A stretch of DNA of 64,000 nt. Source: a virus. The DNA lies in the IMG/VR virus record IMGVR_UViG_3300047497_000079, positions 17,637 to 81,636 of that record, one strand, 5' to 3'. The notes beneath the pieces were generated by a model. It saw only the letters and a program-made list of their open reading frames with translations, was not told the origin of the DNA and made no database searches. Below are positions 21,150 to 30,397 of this stretch, one piece after another (position 1 is the stretch's first letter; every line of letters begins with the position of its first letter). The position numbers were made by a program, and so were the translations under genes.

Positions 21150-21403
21150 AAAGGTAGCAGAAAGGTAGCAAATTTGGGCATGGTGCTGGCGGATTTTGCG
21201 GGAGCTTAATGGACAATAAGAACCGTCTTGTTCAGCAAAATCAACGATATATAGGATATTCTCAGATTTTAGCGGACATTAATTAACCAGATTGTGGATC
21301 TGGGGGTCGCCCGTTCGAGCCGGGCCAGCGGTACCAATGAAATCAATGACTTAGATCGAACTTAAAAAAGGTAGCGAAGGAAAAGGTAGCAAAAAAGGTA
21401 GCA
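21150..21403 (+). mobile_element. attP site: tRNA-His 3'-half core flanked by arm repeats and an IHF box
   Basis: Core 21287-21336 CCAGATTGTGGATCTGG..GCCCGTTCGAGCCGGGC..ACCA; AAAGGTAGC[AG] twice on the left and three times on the right; AATCAATGACTTA at 21341 fits the IHF consensus. Confidence 0.85.
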
Positions 21404-21526
21404 AAACCTGGTGGCTTCCACCGGACGTGTCTGGACAATTTACCATCCTGCCAGTTTTAGTTTGACGGCTTTTGGCGTCCTTCCCATCTCCAGGGTTGTT
21501 GGTTTAGGCCATTTCGGAGATGCCCT

Positions 21527-21769
21527 GTGGAACGCGCCTTGCGTTTAAAAGAAGTACAAAAGTACATTCCTTATTCTCGCTCTCATATCTACCAGCTTAT
21601 GTCTGAGGACAAGTTTCCACGGTGCCGTAAATTGCGGCCAGGGGGTAGAGCTGTCGTGTGGGACGAAAACGAAATCCAACTCTATAAAAATGGTAGTTGG
21701 CAATCGGCACCTACTGCTCTTCAAAAAAGTCATAGGAATACTTCTTCAAACGATCCACGAGCTGCTTGA
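21527..21769 (+). CDS. alpA: AlpA-family excisionase/recombination directionality factor
   Basis: LRLKEV....SRSHIYQLM..FP....GGRAVVW. Confidence 0.9.
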   Translation: MERALRLKEVQKYIPYSRSHIYQLMSEDKFPRCRKLRPGGRAVVWDENEIQLYKNGSWQSAPTALQKSHRNTSSNDPRAA

Positions 21770-21943
21770 CAACAGTCTGCGATTTGATTTATTAAAATTG
21801 TGCTCACTGCTTGAAGAGGTGTTGGTACTCCTCCTCCTTGCGCCTCTCCTCTTTAGGTTTCCCCACACTTGAGCACTGGGAGTCTGAACTTCATCCAGCC
21901 GTTCAGACTCCCTTCTCTGTTTTCGCTCTTCATAAATATTCCT

Positions 21944-22639
21944 ATGATGAGCTTACATACCTTCAATTACTTCATTACCGAGATGGCAGCACCTGCCACT
22001 CAGCTATGTCTCCCCAAGCGGAATACGGGTGATTATCAACCAGCCTCCTTCTATATTGCCAAGAAAGCTCAGACGATAACGACTGCGACAGGTCCTGTTC
22101 GCGCTCTGGCTGGTGATTACATCGTCAGCGGAAAGAAAGGCCGGCAAGTACTCAAGCCGGCAAAGTTCTTCCAGCTCTTTAAGATCGTGCAAAACCCAAC
22201 GGCCCTTCCTCCAAAGGGTCTTTCTTCGACTCAACCTGACCCCAAGCACCGCAAGGAAGAGATATCGAGCCTCCTCGACGACATCGTTACTCATCACCTT
22301 GATGGCCTCCTCACCAGTAAGGAGGCAACGAAGAAGGCGTGGGACATCGGCTCTAATCAGATAGAGTTCGGCAAGCGGCTAACAGCAGAAGCTGCTAGGC
22401 GGGCAGATTTTCTAAAAAGCCGCCTGCATTTCATGACGGGTAAAGACCGTGATTTTGAAGACTTCATCAGGAAGCTTTCACGAACCCATCCGGCCGTCAT
22501 CTTTAAGCTTGCCGACGACTATACAGGCTCAAAGGTAAGCCGTTCTGTTCCCGTTGCTCTTGAAGCTATTCGCAAGGAATACGAGGAGCGCACGGCTGAT
22601 ATGATGGCCCATCTCATGCATCAGTTTCACTCTCATTAA
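21944..22639 (+). CDS. Hypothetical protein with capsid-targeting-like N-terminus
   Basis: MMSLHTFNYFITE; TAAATA-N5-ATG; contains A.AGDYIV.G..G...LKP..F...F. Confidence 0.65.
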   Translation: MMSLHTFNYFITEMAAPATQLCLPKRNTGDYQPASFYIAKKAQTITTATGPVRALAGDYIVSGKKGRQVLKPAKFFQLFKIVQNPTALPPKGLSSTQPDPKHRKEEISSLLDDIVTHHLDGLLTSKEATKKAWDIGSNQIEFGKRLTAEAARRADFLKSRLHFMTGKDRDFEDFIRKLSRTHPAVIFKLADDYTGSKVSRSVPVALEAIRKEYEERTADMMAHLMHQFHSH

Positions 22640-22789
22640 AAATTCGTATACTCCTCTTGCCAAGGAGTACTGTTATGAATATAGATTGATCGGCAGGTAC
22701 CAGCCCGTGGCCACCTGCTGGGATCCGGCTGGTTTTCCGCATGACCAGACCGGATCCTTCTTGTACTCTTGCCGTGCATAAATAGTTGC

Positions 22790-23047
22790 ATGGCCAAAAC
22801 CTTCAAAACATTCATTCTTGAGAATAAAGCTCGCCTCGACGAGATCTCGCCCGCCTCATACATCCATTGGCATAACGCTACGTTAGATGCCGATGAACGC
22901 GGTGATGAGAAACGGGCCGCTTACGCCCACAAACGCATGACAGCCGCCTACAATCGTCCTCACCCCAACTCCTTTGCCGGTAAAGCCAAGAAAGTTGTCG
23001 ACAAGGGCCGTGCCGTTGTTCGCCTCGCCCGTAAAAAAAAAGTCTAA
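22790..23047 (+). CDS. Basic protein with capsid-targeting-like N-terminus; probably joined to the downstream ORF through an A9 slip
   Basis: MAKTFKTFILE; TAAATA-N5-ATG; ends in an A9 run. Confidence 0.7.
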   Translation: MAKTFKTFILENKARLDEISPASYIHWHNATLDADERGDEKRAAYAHKRMTAAYNRPHPNSFAGKAKKVVDKGRAVVRLARKKKV

Positions 23048-24003
23048 CTAACTCTTACGCCCTTGATGAACGTGACGATTCATCTTCCGAATATTGGGCA
23101 AATAAATATGTCGATCATCTTGGTAAGGCGGCCGAACATGCCCGCCACATGGATCGACATAAGTCTGGACCCGCGTTTGACAGAGCCCAGGACAAATACT
23201 GGGCTGCACAAGACCACAGGGACTATGCTCTAAGCCGCTGGAAAGCAGCACAGTACCGCACAGACCCCAAATCAATCTCCGGTAAGATCACGCGAAAGAC
23301 CAAGGCTCTCAAACGCCTGGGTCAACGCAAGCTTAACAAGTATCTATCTCGATCCGAGAGCTTCCTCGTTTCCGAGGGTCTGTTCGACTGGCTGCGGGGA
23401 CGCCCGCGCGATCAAGACATCGGCCCTCTCGAACACGAAAAAGTCGTTGGTGTCGTAAGCGACATCATCCATTCGTTGCAGCATCCTGAGGGATATCCAG
23501 ACAGAAAAAGCTTCCTCAAACACGTCAAGGCCGAATTAGAAGGCCGGATGCATCACGAAGACGAACCCGCGAAGAAAGAGGAATTAATTAACTTATTACA
23601 GTCTCTTGACGCCGAGATCCGGAGCGAAAATGCCGTTCGATTTCACTACTTGCTGGTGAATCCAGAGATCCAGGACATCAAACTCAAGGCCCGTTACGAC
23701 CGCGATCTGATCTTTTGCATCAACAAGCGCGGAAACATCTTCGTCGCTCGCGTAGCGGACGTCCACGGCGAGGGAAAACAATCCCTGGGAAATCTGACGA
23801 ACGCCATTTCACACATGCACCATGCGTGGAATGGCGACACGATGTCTCCGATTGTGAATTGGGGTTACATCGATTGGCACCCCGACGAGGGCTATTCTTT
23901 CTATTTCCTCGACAACAAGTACGACGGTCTCGTCCGCGCCTGGATTAGGGAAATGAAGGCTGCGGGCATACAAAACGAGACAGAATACAAATTAAATAAA
24001 TAA
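23035..24003 (+). CDS. Multi-domain protein; 5' part lacks its own start codon
   Basis: Frame open from 23035; ERDDSSSEYW..RDYALSR..AA..R.DP.S matches ORF 24008; first ATG only at 23149. Confidence 0.65.
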   Translation, partial: KKSLTNSYALDERDDSSSEYWANKYVDHLGKAAEHARHMDRHKSGPAFDRAQDKYWAAQDHRDYALSRWKAAQYRTDPKSISGKITRKTKALKRLGQRKLNKYLSRSESFLVSEGLFDWLRGRPRDQDIGPLEHEKVVGVVSDIIHSLQHPEGYPDRKSFLKHVKAELEGRMHHEDEPAKKEELINLLQSLDAEIRSENAVRFHYLLVNPEIQDIKLKARYDRDLIFCINKRGNIFVARVADVHGEGKQSLGNLTNAISHMHHAWNGDTMSPIVNWGYIDWHPDEGYSFYFLDNKYDGLVRAWIREMKAAGIQNETEYKLNK

Positions 24004-24007
24004 CAAC

Positions 24008-24316
24008 ATGCTTTCATTCTACTCATTTCTCGTCGAACGCGACGACGCATCCACCGATTACTGGCACCAGCGGGCTCATGCGGCTATCTCAAAGGGCTAT
24101 GACCTCCGTCGCCAGGGCGGTTCTCGCGCCGACATCGAAAAGGCCCATAGGGACCGAGATTACGCCAAATCCAGGCATGCAGCGGCTTTAGCCCGGCCTG
24201 ATCCACGATCAGCCGAAACAAAGACGGCCAAGCGTGCCGCCGCCCAAGCGCGGCTGACCAAGCGAAAATCGACATCGAGCAAGGTTAAGCGTTTCGTGCG
24301 GCGCTTTACGGGCTAA
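24008..24316 (+). CDS. Basic protein with capsid-targeting-like N-terminus
   Basis: MLSFYSFLVE; TAAATA-N5-ATG; Arg/Lys-rich. Confidence 0.7.
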   Translation: MLSFYSFLVERDDASTDYWHQRAHAAISKGYDLRRQGGSRADIEKAHRDRDYAKSRHAAALARPDPRSAETKTAKRAAAQARLTKRKSTSSKVKRFVRRFTG

Positions 24317-24561
24317 GTTACAGGAGGCTTCGGCGTCCTTTTTGCTTTTGGCGGGTTGGCAACCACGCTCGTCGAAATATCCCCACAATCTTTGATCACC
24401 TTGCACGCTGGACAGTCGTGCTGGCTTTTATGTTTCAAGAGCTGAAGGGCCTTTTTCACGTCTTGCTTGTTCAGCATCACGATGGCCTTGGCTTCCTTCC
24501 ATTCCTTCGTGGAGCAGCTCGATTCTCGAAGGGCGTCCCACAACTCATCTAAATCGGTCAT
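24313..24561 (-). CDS. Hypothetical protein with HxCxxC motif
   Basis: AGGA RBS; HDCPAC. Confidence 0.55.
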   Translation of the reverse strand: MTDLDELWDALRESSCSTKEWKEAKAIVMLNKQDVKKALQLLKHKSQHDCPACKVIKDCGDISTSVVANPPKAKRTPKPPVT

Positions 24562-24655
24562 TTCGTTGTAAAATTCCTGATTGGTTATTTTTGGCTTGCT
24601 CGGCGATAAGTGGTCATTTACTATCCTTTTGTCACCCTAACATAGGAGTAAAACG

Positions 24656-24778
24656 ATGAGCAGAGTAGTTTCTGTACTTTTCGTTCTTGGACTTCTCACG
24701 GCCGGTGCTACAACGGCGGGAGCACAGTCAACGGGCAAAAAGTGTTGCTGGGCATGGGACTCGCGTTGTTGTCCATAA
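24656..24778 (+). CDS. 40-aa secreted Cys-rich peptide
   Basis: AGGAG RBS and an upstream sigma70-like promoter; MSRVVSVLFVLGLLTAGATTAGA|QSTGKKCCWAWDSRCCP. Confidence 0.65.
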   Translation: MSRVVSVLFVLGLLTAGATTAGAQSTGKKCCWAWDSRCCP

Positions 24779-24919
24779 TGCCGGATATAACGGACAACCC
24801 CTGGTTCTCACTGGTTACTCAATACACCCCTTTCTTTGTGGGGGAGATGTGTGTATTGATCGCCGTTGTAGTCGGCTATATTGCTATGATGGTGTGGATC
24901 GGGTTGGACAAATCCTGAT

Positions 24920-25165
24920 ATGACGGATGAAGAAGACTATAAGCTTACTCAAAAGATAGTCGGGCAAGTCAAACAACTTTTGACGGGTGCGCCTCGTGGA
25001 ATACAAGGTGTGGTGCTTGCTGAGTTGTTAGCAATCTGGCTCGCGGGACATTTCGGTGATGAAACGCTTCGCGATGAACTCATAAAAATGCATGTCGCTC
25101 AAGTTCGGGAATTCATACCCATTATTGAACCTGAGATACTTGCCTCAATTAGCCAGATTGCATAA
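24920..25165 (+). CDS. Hypothetical protein
   Basis: IQG.VLAELLAIWLAGH motif. Confidence 0.6.
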   Translation: MTDEEDYKLTQKIVGQVKQLLTGAPRGIQGVVLAELLAIWLAGHFGDETLRDELIKMHVAQVREFIPIIEPEILASISQIA

Positions 25166-25169
25166 AAAA

Positions 25170-25251
25170 GCGGACGTGGCGGAACTGGTAGACGCAAGGG
25201 ACTTAAAATCCCTCGATCTCGGTCGTGCGGGTTCGAATCCCGCCGCCCGCA
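25170..25251 (+). tRNA. tRNA-Leu(TAA)
   Basis: GCGGACGTGGCGGAACTGGTAGACGC, anticodon arm AGGGA-CTTAAAA-TCCCT, long variable arm, GGTTCGAATCC; no encoded CCA. Confidence 0.9.
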
Positions 25252-25268
25252 CATACTAATACTGATCC

Positions 25269-26915
25269 CTACTTTCCAAAATATGTTGACAGCTCGTCGA
25301 AATGGACGGGAGCGTAATTGGTCATTTCCATCGACACGCATGCATAACGTGGATCTTTCAGCGTCTTGTAGTGCAGGTGGCCATGCACACAGCGGGTGTA
25401 TCTTCCATCCTCAAACTCTTCGGTGTGTACGGGCATATGAGCCGCGACTATCCCTTCTTCCTTAAAGTGCCGCCAGTACATCACCTTTTCGAAGTAGTCC
25501 ATTAGGGACGTTCCCTTCAGGCTATCGTGATTACCGATACAGAGACGTTTCTTTCCCTTTAAGCGGCGCGCAATGTTCTTGGTAAAATTCTGCCAGTCCA
25601 TTGTCACGTCCCCGAGGAAGTAGACGTGGTCCACGTCGTTCACACGCGCGTTGTGTTGGGAGATCATGAACTCATCCATCTCCTCGACGGTTTTGAACCC
25701 TGGCCGTAAAAGGCTGCCGTCGTCCCGATAGAACGGTGACGTTATCATTTTGGCGTGCCCGAAGTGATGATCGGCCGCGAAGAAGATGTTCACGGTATAA
25801 CAGGTTCCGATCAATGACCGCATCGCATCGACGCTGGTCTGCGAACCCGTCCGTCCGCGCATAAAATTGAGGACCTCTTGCATTGGGTTCTGAGAATCCA
25901 GAGCTGCGAAGGCGATGGTTCGGATGTCGCGGGGGACATCCTTAAGCACCTCTACGGCGAATGTTTTCCTGTCCACATGGCGGGCTTTTTCGAGAAGAGA
26001 GGCGATCTGAAGGGCTATGTTTCTCATCTGCTCCTCAACGGCGTTCCGATATGTCACGATGTGCTCCTGGTCCTCCTCACTGAGCAACGGCAACACGTCG
26101 TCGATCTCACCCATCAAGATCAAGGCAAGCACGTTCTTTTCGTAGACCGTAGAGTCTTTTGCCCTGTGTTTGAGGATGTACTCTTCGCCCTTACATTTCA
26201 TAAGCTGACGTAGGGGTTCATGTTCAAAATCCGGATCGAACATGAGCACATACCCTTCTTGCCCCTTCAGCTCACGAACGTGGGAAAGAAAGGCCGCGCA
26301 TTCACCCCACTGGGTCTCCATGGCTGATACCCGATCAACACCAATGTGCCTCGCGAATAAATCCAGTCCTTTATAGGAAAGATAGCCACCCGTATTGATG
26401 AAACGAGCCCCTATGAGGGTCAACTTAGGCTCTTCGTACCTAATGACAATTCTGTTGGAAGGGGCCGTAAACTCAAAGATTGGAGTCACGCCTGTCTCAA
26501 TGATATCCGTACACGCCTTAATAAAACCTGGTGTCGCACACAGTTCCTCGGCCATTAGAGAGGTGTCGGTAATCCCAGCCCGCGTCATGAGTCTGCATTT
26601 GCCCATAACCATTGCGGCATGAACCATCGACCCGTCCAGCTTATCCATAATCACATGGGGCTTAGACAGGTCGATCATACCAGGCTGAGTTTCTGCCCTC
26701 TCTCCGATGTTGAAGAACTTGTGAAAGGGCCGGCCGATGATCTTTCCATTACCGTCAAACTTGATTCCCCGGAATTCACGGCGAATAGGATCGTCGAAAC
26801 TATCGCTCAGGCCGATCTGATAATCGACGGAGATATAGCCCGGTGCCCTGTGTATACGAAACTCCGTGCGGCCTTCTATGGCAGGAAGAACATCATTTAA
26901 GGATTCAATAAGCAT
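25269..26915 (-). CDS. T4 Rnl1-type RNA ligase fused to a calcineurin-like metallophosphoesterase
   Basis: REFRGIKF, RPFHKFFN, KLDGSM, EGYVL; C-terminal DHHFGH, LGD, GNHD, HGHLH. Confidence 0.88.
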   Translation of the reverse strand: MLIESLNDVLPAIEGRTEFRIHRAPGYISVDYQIGLSDSFDDPIRREFRGIKFDGNGKIIGRPFHKFFNIGERAETQPGMIDLSKPHVIMDKLDGSMVHAAMVMGKCRLMTRAGITDTSLMAEELCATPGFIKACTDIIETGVTPIFEFTAPSNRIVIRYEEPKLTLIGARFINTGGYLSYKGLDLFARHIGVDRVSAMETQWGECAAFLSHVRELKGQEGYVLMFDPDFEHEPLRQLMKCKGEEYILKHRAKDSTVYEKNVLALILMGEIDDVLPLLSEEDQEHIVTYRNAVEEQMRNIALQIASLLEKARHVDRKTFAVEVLKDVPRDIRTIAFAALDSQNPMQEVLNFMRGRTGSQTSVDAMRSLIGTCYTVNIFFAADHHFGHAKMITSPFYRDDGSLLRPGFKTVEEMDEFMISQHNARVNDVDHVYFLGDVTMDWQNFTKNIARRLKGKKRLCIGNHDSLKGTSLMDYFEKVMYWRHFKEEGIVAAHMPVHTEEFEDGRYTRCVHGHLHYKTLKDPRYACVSMEMTNYAPVHFDELSTYFGK

Positions 26916-26921
26916 TACTTC

Positions 26922-27311
26922 CTACTTCGTATCGAACGGAGGTGTGGATTTTATTATCTCTTTGACGCTTTGCCTCATTTTGCGGTCACGCAGGGCTTCT
27001 TTATTCTGATACCGGGCCGTTGCGATCCTCGTCAACATAGCCTCTCGCAAATAGGGGTCTTTTATAGTCTGTGCCCACAGCGTATGTTGATCGAGTTTTT
27101 TCTCCTTGGCCTCAATGTCCTTAATTGTGTCAGTAGAATCGGCGGCGTGTTCTCCCCACCACCGTGGATCCATTTCCTCTCTCAATACGTCGAGGATTTC
27201 AGTTGTCGAGTATTTGGAGAGGGGCGAATCATTATTCATCGGAGGAACCCGTAAGAAGTAGAGTGCCAGGAGTAATATTATTACTCCTAGCGCCCATACG
27301 TAGAGAATGGT
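26922..27311 (-). CDS. Membrane-anchored hypothetical protein
   Basis: N-terminal TM segment MTILYVWALGVIILLLALYFL. Confidence 0.5.
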   Translation of the reverse strand, partial: TILYVWALGVIILLLALYFLRVPPMNNDSPLSKYSTTEILDVLREEMDPRWWGEHAADSTDTIKDIEAKEKKLDQHTLWAQTIKDPYLREAMLTRIATARYQNKEALRDRKMRQSVKEIIKSTPPFDTK

Positions 27312-27553
27312 CATTGTAATGGAGAAGCCGCCGATGCAGCTTCGTTTTGAAGCTCCTCCATGTAAATGTGTGCAACGTCTCCCATAAATTTGAAGAACTC
27401 TGGTATGGATGGTGTTTTGGACACGGCGAGATAGATCGAAAGCGTACACACCGCAAGTGCCGTTAATTGAACGTCGGGCTTTTCTTGCTCAATAAGCTTC
27501 AGAATATTCTGACAAAGATCTCTCGCCGCATAAGTTTCGTCGTCGTAGACCAT
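27311..27553 (-). CDS. Hypothetical protein
   Basis: Tightly packed ORF in the leftward gene block. Confidence 0.55.
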   Translation of the reverse strand: MVYDDETYAARDLCQNILKLIEQEKPDVQLTALAVCTLSIYLAVSKTPSIPEFFKFMGDVAHIYMEELQNEAASAASPLQ

Positions 27554-27554
27554 A

Positions 27555-27860
27555 TTAATGCTTTGTCTGTCCTGTTTCTACCAACCCTGCAAAGAAGTCA
27601 TTCGCGGCTTCCGCCGCCTCATCCGGTGTCATTGAAAAAACGTCATATGCTCTGGCACAGAAGTCGAGATAATGTTCCCTCGAAGGCACCTTTGCGGCTA
27701 TCAGATAAGTATTAGCCGAAGCTGCTATGAATGACGTAAGGGCCGTGACAGGTTTAATGTCAGCACCTATCGCCATTCCAATCATGGTCTGGACGAAGTT
27801 TCTTACGCTGACGGCTTCTTCTTGTGCTTGTTCATGAGTCAATGGCATTTTACTCTCCAT
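27555..27860 (-). CDS. Hypothetical protein
   Basis: Packed ORF with RBS. Confidence 0.55.
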   Translation of the reverse strand: MESKMPLTHEQAQEEAVSVRNFVQTMIGMAIGADIKPVTALTSFIAASANTYLIAAKVPSREHYLDFCARAYDVFSMTPDEAAEAANDFFAGLVETGQTKH

Positions 27861-28250
27861 AGTGTTGACTGTTCCGTGAATATGTGAGGAAGAGAATTTT
27901 CTTAAAGGGCTAATGCACTGTTAACCTTACCTGTTCTGTCCTCTGAAAATGATCCACAAGGCAAAGATCACAAAGGCCGCCCAGGCCATCTCGTGCAAGC
28001 CATCACCAATGGTCATGACGATTTTTCTCCATGTGCAGGTAGTAGCTTCTTAAGCTCAGAGATAAACTCTTTGCGGGCTTCGTCAGCTCGCTGCCAGGCT
28101 TTCTTCGCAGAAACGTCTGATCTATAGTCCAGAAGACCCAATTCGCTATCTGCTATCCACGCCCGCCCGAGCAGGTTTTCGAAATTAGTGAACGCCTTTC
28201 CAAGAGGAGTGGCACAAAACTCGCGCCATTCCTTTACCTCTTTCTCGATA

Positions 28251-28877
28251 TCAAGCACTGAACAACTGTTCTCCTTTATCCTTGGCTTCAAACCCCCACG
28301 CGGACCATCCTGGATGCACACCTCGTGCAAACAGCTCCAGATAAGGCCCTGGGGAGCACGCCTGAATGATCGTGTACTGCTCGTCGGGCTTGCGTGAATG
28401 TTCTCTCTTTCGTGAAGACAGGAAGTTGACTTGTCTCCGGCCGGCGGCGAGTGTTCGAGCGTTCTTTCCACGGACACCGAAGAGCAGCAGCTCCGTTACG
28501 TTCCGGAAATAGAAGCCCACACCGCGGCCGTCCGAACCACCGTCCTTTCTAATCTTGTGCCATACGAGGTTTGTCTTGTACGTGAACCCCCATGCCTTCA
28601 TCACCGCTAAGCCCTCGGGAAGCATGGCGTTGGGGCACCACAGATATAGATGTGCCGCAGGAGCAGCCACCTCCACCACAGGAAGCTTGCAGATCTCGGA
28701 AAGGGTCATCGTCGTGTAGCGTGACAGCCGCCGATGTTCGGGTGATACCTTTCCTGAGCTGTTCTGGAAGCGCCATGGCGGATCGGCGAGGATAGTGGCA
28801 TAGGGAGTCGAACCCCGTGCCACGTACCAGTCAGTTAATGGTAGGAGAGGCGGGCTGATCATTAAATCCGTCTTCAA
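28251..28877 (-). CDS. MT-A70 family adenine methyltransferase
   Basis: TILADPPW, HLYLW, WGF.YKTNLVWHK, GVGFYFRNVTELLLFG, REHSRKP, LELFAR. Confidence 0.92.
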   Translation of the reverse strand: MKTDLMISPPLLPLTDWYVARGSTPYATILADPPWRFQNSSGKVSPEHRRLSRYTTMTLSEICKLPVVEVAAPAAHLYLWCPNAMLPEGLAVMKAWGFTYKTNLVWHKIRKDGGSDGRGVGFYFRNVTELLLFGVRGKNARTLAAGRRQVNFLSSRKREHSRKPDEQYTIIQACSPGPYLELFARGVHPGWSAWGFEAKDKGEQLFSA

Positions 28878-29023
28878 CTTCCATTCGCGCGATCAAACTC
28901 TTCAAATAGTCCGTCGTGCGATGCATCTCAGCGGCCGCCCGCGAAGCCGCGAGACCATATCCCAAGCCAAATCCTCCACAAACGGCGGCTGTGACCACGA
29001 ATGATCCAACCCACCAGATCTGA

Positions 29024-29284
29024 TTAATCACCATCGCATGCCATTGCATCTGCCATCTCCTCTGCTGTTGGGGGGGTCATAGAACTCTTGATCAGGGCTT
29101 GAGTGTATTTGTAACTCACGGATTCCTGCGAGATGAAAACCAACAGTGCCTTTCTCAAAGCACCGATTTGATCTTTGCGCACTCGCGGCGAAAGCTCTTC
29201 CCACATAGGCCCGTGTCCCTTAGTGATATATTTCCAGTGAGCACGAGCTGATGCCTCAAACGGATCTTCCTCTTCATGTGTCAT
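29024..29284 (-). CDS. Hypothetical protein
   Basis: Overlaps the stop of the AAA ATPase gene. Confidence 0.55.
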   Translation of the reverse strand: MTHEEEDPFEASARAHWKYITKGHGPMWEELSPRVRKDQIGALRKALLVFISQESVSYKYTQALIKSSMTPPTAEEMADAMACDGD

Positions 29285-30312
29285 GATGCGCGCTTTCTCT
29301 TCGTAAACCCTACGACACGGCTTTGATCGGGTAGATCATCGGACGTTATAGTCTCGTTGATCCGGTCATCCAATGACTCTACGACCTCGTCAAAGTTACG
29401 GTCGAAGACTGTCATGGCAATGATCACTTCTTTCATGAAGGCGATTGAGAATCCCTTTGTCTTTGACACGTAATATTCGGTCTGCTCGGGTGTTGCTTCG
29501 GGCAGTTTACGCAAGAAGAATTCGCGCCGCACTTCTGTAGAAGGCATGCCGATATATTTGATCGTATCAAGCCGGGAGGGGCGAAAGATCCTTTTGTGGA
29601 TTTGCTCGGGATGATTGGTCGTCGCCAGAAAGACGACGTTTCCTATCTGCGTCTCGCCATCGAGCATGGATGCATACTCGCCATCCCCATTCCGATTGAT
29701 CAACGTTTCAAGTTCCTCCAGGATACAGATCATGGGACGATCCGGCTCATTCTGGCGGATCATTCTCATGGCGTCGATGGCATATGGAGGAAAATCGACG
29801 AACAAAACGATGCCGTTGTATTTCGTTATCAGCTCTTTGGTTAGCTTGTTGACGAGGGTTGTTTTGCCAGAGCCAGGGGGTCCCCAAAAAAGAAAACCAC
29901 GCTTCCACACAAACCCTCTGTCACGATATTTTGCCTCGGAAGACCAGAACTTTTCGAACTCCGCGATCACACCTGAAAAGGATTCGTCGGGAAGATCGAT
30001 GATGTCATCGGCCTGCACTTCATGTTTCTTGACGACCGGGCCAGTCCCGTCCATGTTGTCGCAACGATAAACGCCCGCAGGCAGGGTCTTATAGGAATGA
30101 TTGACAGACCAGAATATCCCATTACGCTCTCCCCATGCCTTTTCACCGGGTGATATAGACATGGAGATCTCTTCGCTTTCTCCATTATCTGTTAGAGACC
30201 CATACGGATCCTCTCTCTGAGACTTTTTCCGTTTGTTTGATATTGACGGTTGGGGAGTAGGTGCCTTCGTTCCGGCAATCTCAAAAAACTTCTTTGTGGA
30301 TTCATCCGTCAT
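29281..30312 (-). CDS. AAA+ ATPase
   Basis: KRGFLFWGPPGSGKT Walker A; ICILEE Walker B; ATTNHPE; RPSRLD. Confidence 0.9.
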   Translation of the reverse strand: MTDESTKKFFEIAGTKAPTPQPSISNKRKKSQREDPYGSLTDNGESEEISMSISPGEKAWGERNGIFWSVNHSYKTLPAGVYRCDNMDGTGPVVKKHEVQADDIIDLPDESFSGVIAEFEKFWSSEAKYRDRGFVWKRGFLFWGPPGSGKTTLVNKLTKELITKYNGIVLFVDFPPYAIDAMRMIRQNEPDRPMICILEELETLINRNGDGEYASMLDGETQIGNVVFLATTNHPEQIHKRIFRPSRLDTIKYIGMPSTEVRREFFLRKLPEATPEQTEYYVSKTKGFSIAFMKEVIIAMTVFDRNFDEVVESLDDRINETITSDDLPDQSRVVGFTKRKRAS

Positions 30313-30397
30313 AACATATCCTTACTACTAAATTGGCTGATCGTCTGTAGGCTCGATAGAAGGCCGTACAGGCGTACTTCTTTTTTGTGGTACTACC

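Noticed and set aside
21287-21336. Functional tRNA-His gene
   Set aside because: Only the anticodon arm to CCA is present; upstream sequence has no D-arm or 5' acceptor strand, so it is treated as an att core
19551-21769. Satellite or island integrated into the phage genome
   Set aside because: No second att copy or full tRNA-His in the window, and arm repeats flank the core on both sides
23101-23110. TAAATA as a late promoter for ORF 23149
   Set aside because: It lies inside sequence homologous to the coding part of ORF 24008 and does not fit the N4/5 spacing, though an internal start cannot be fully excluded
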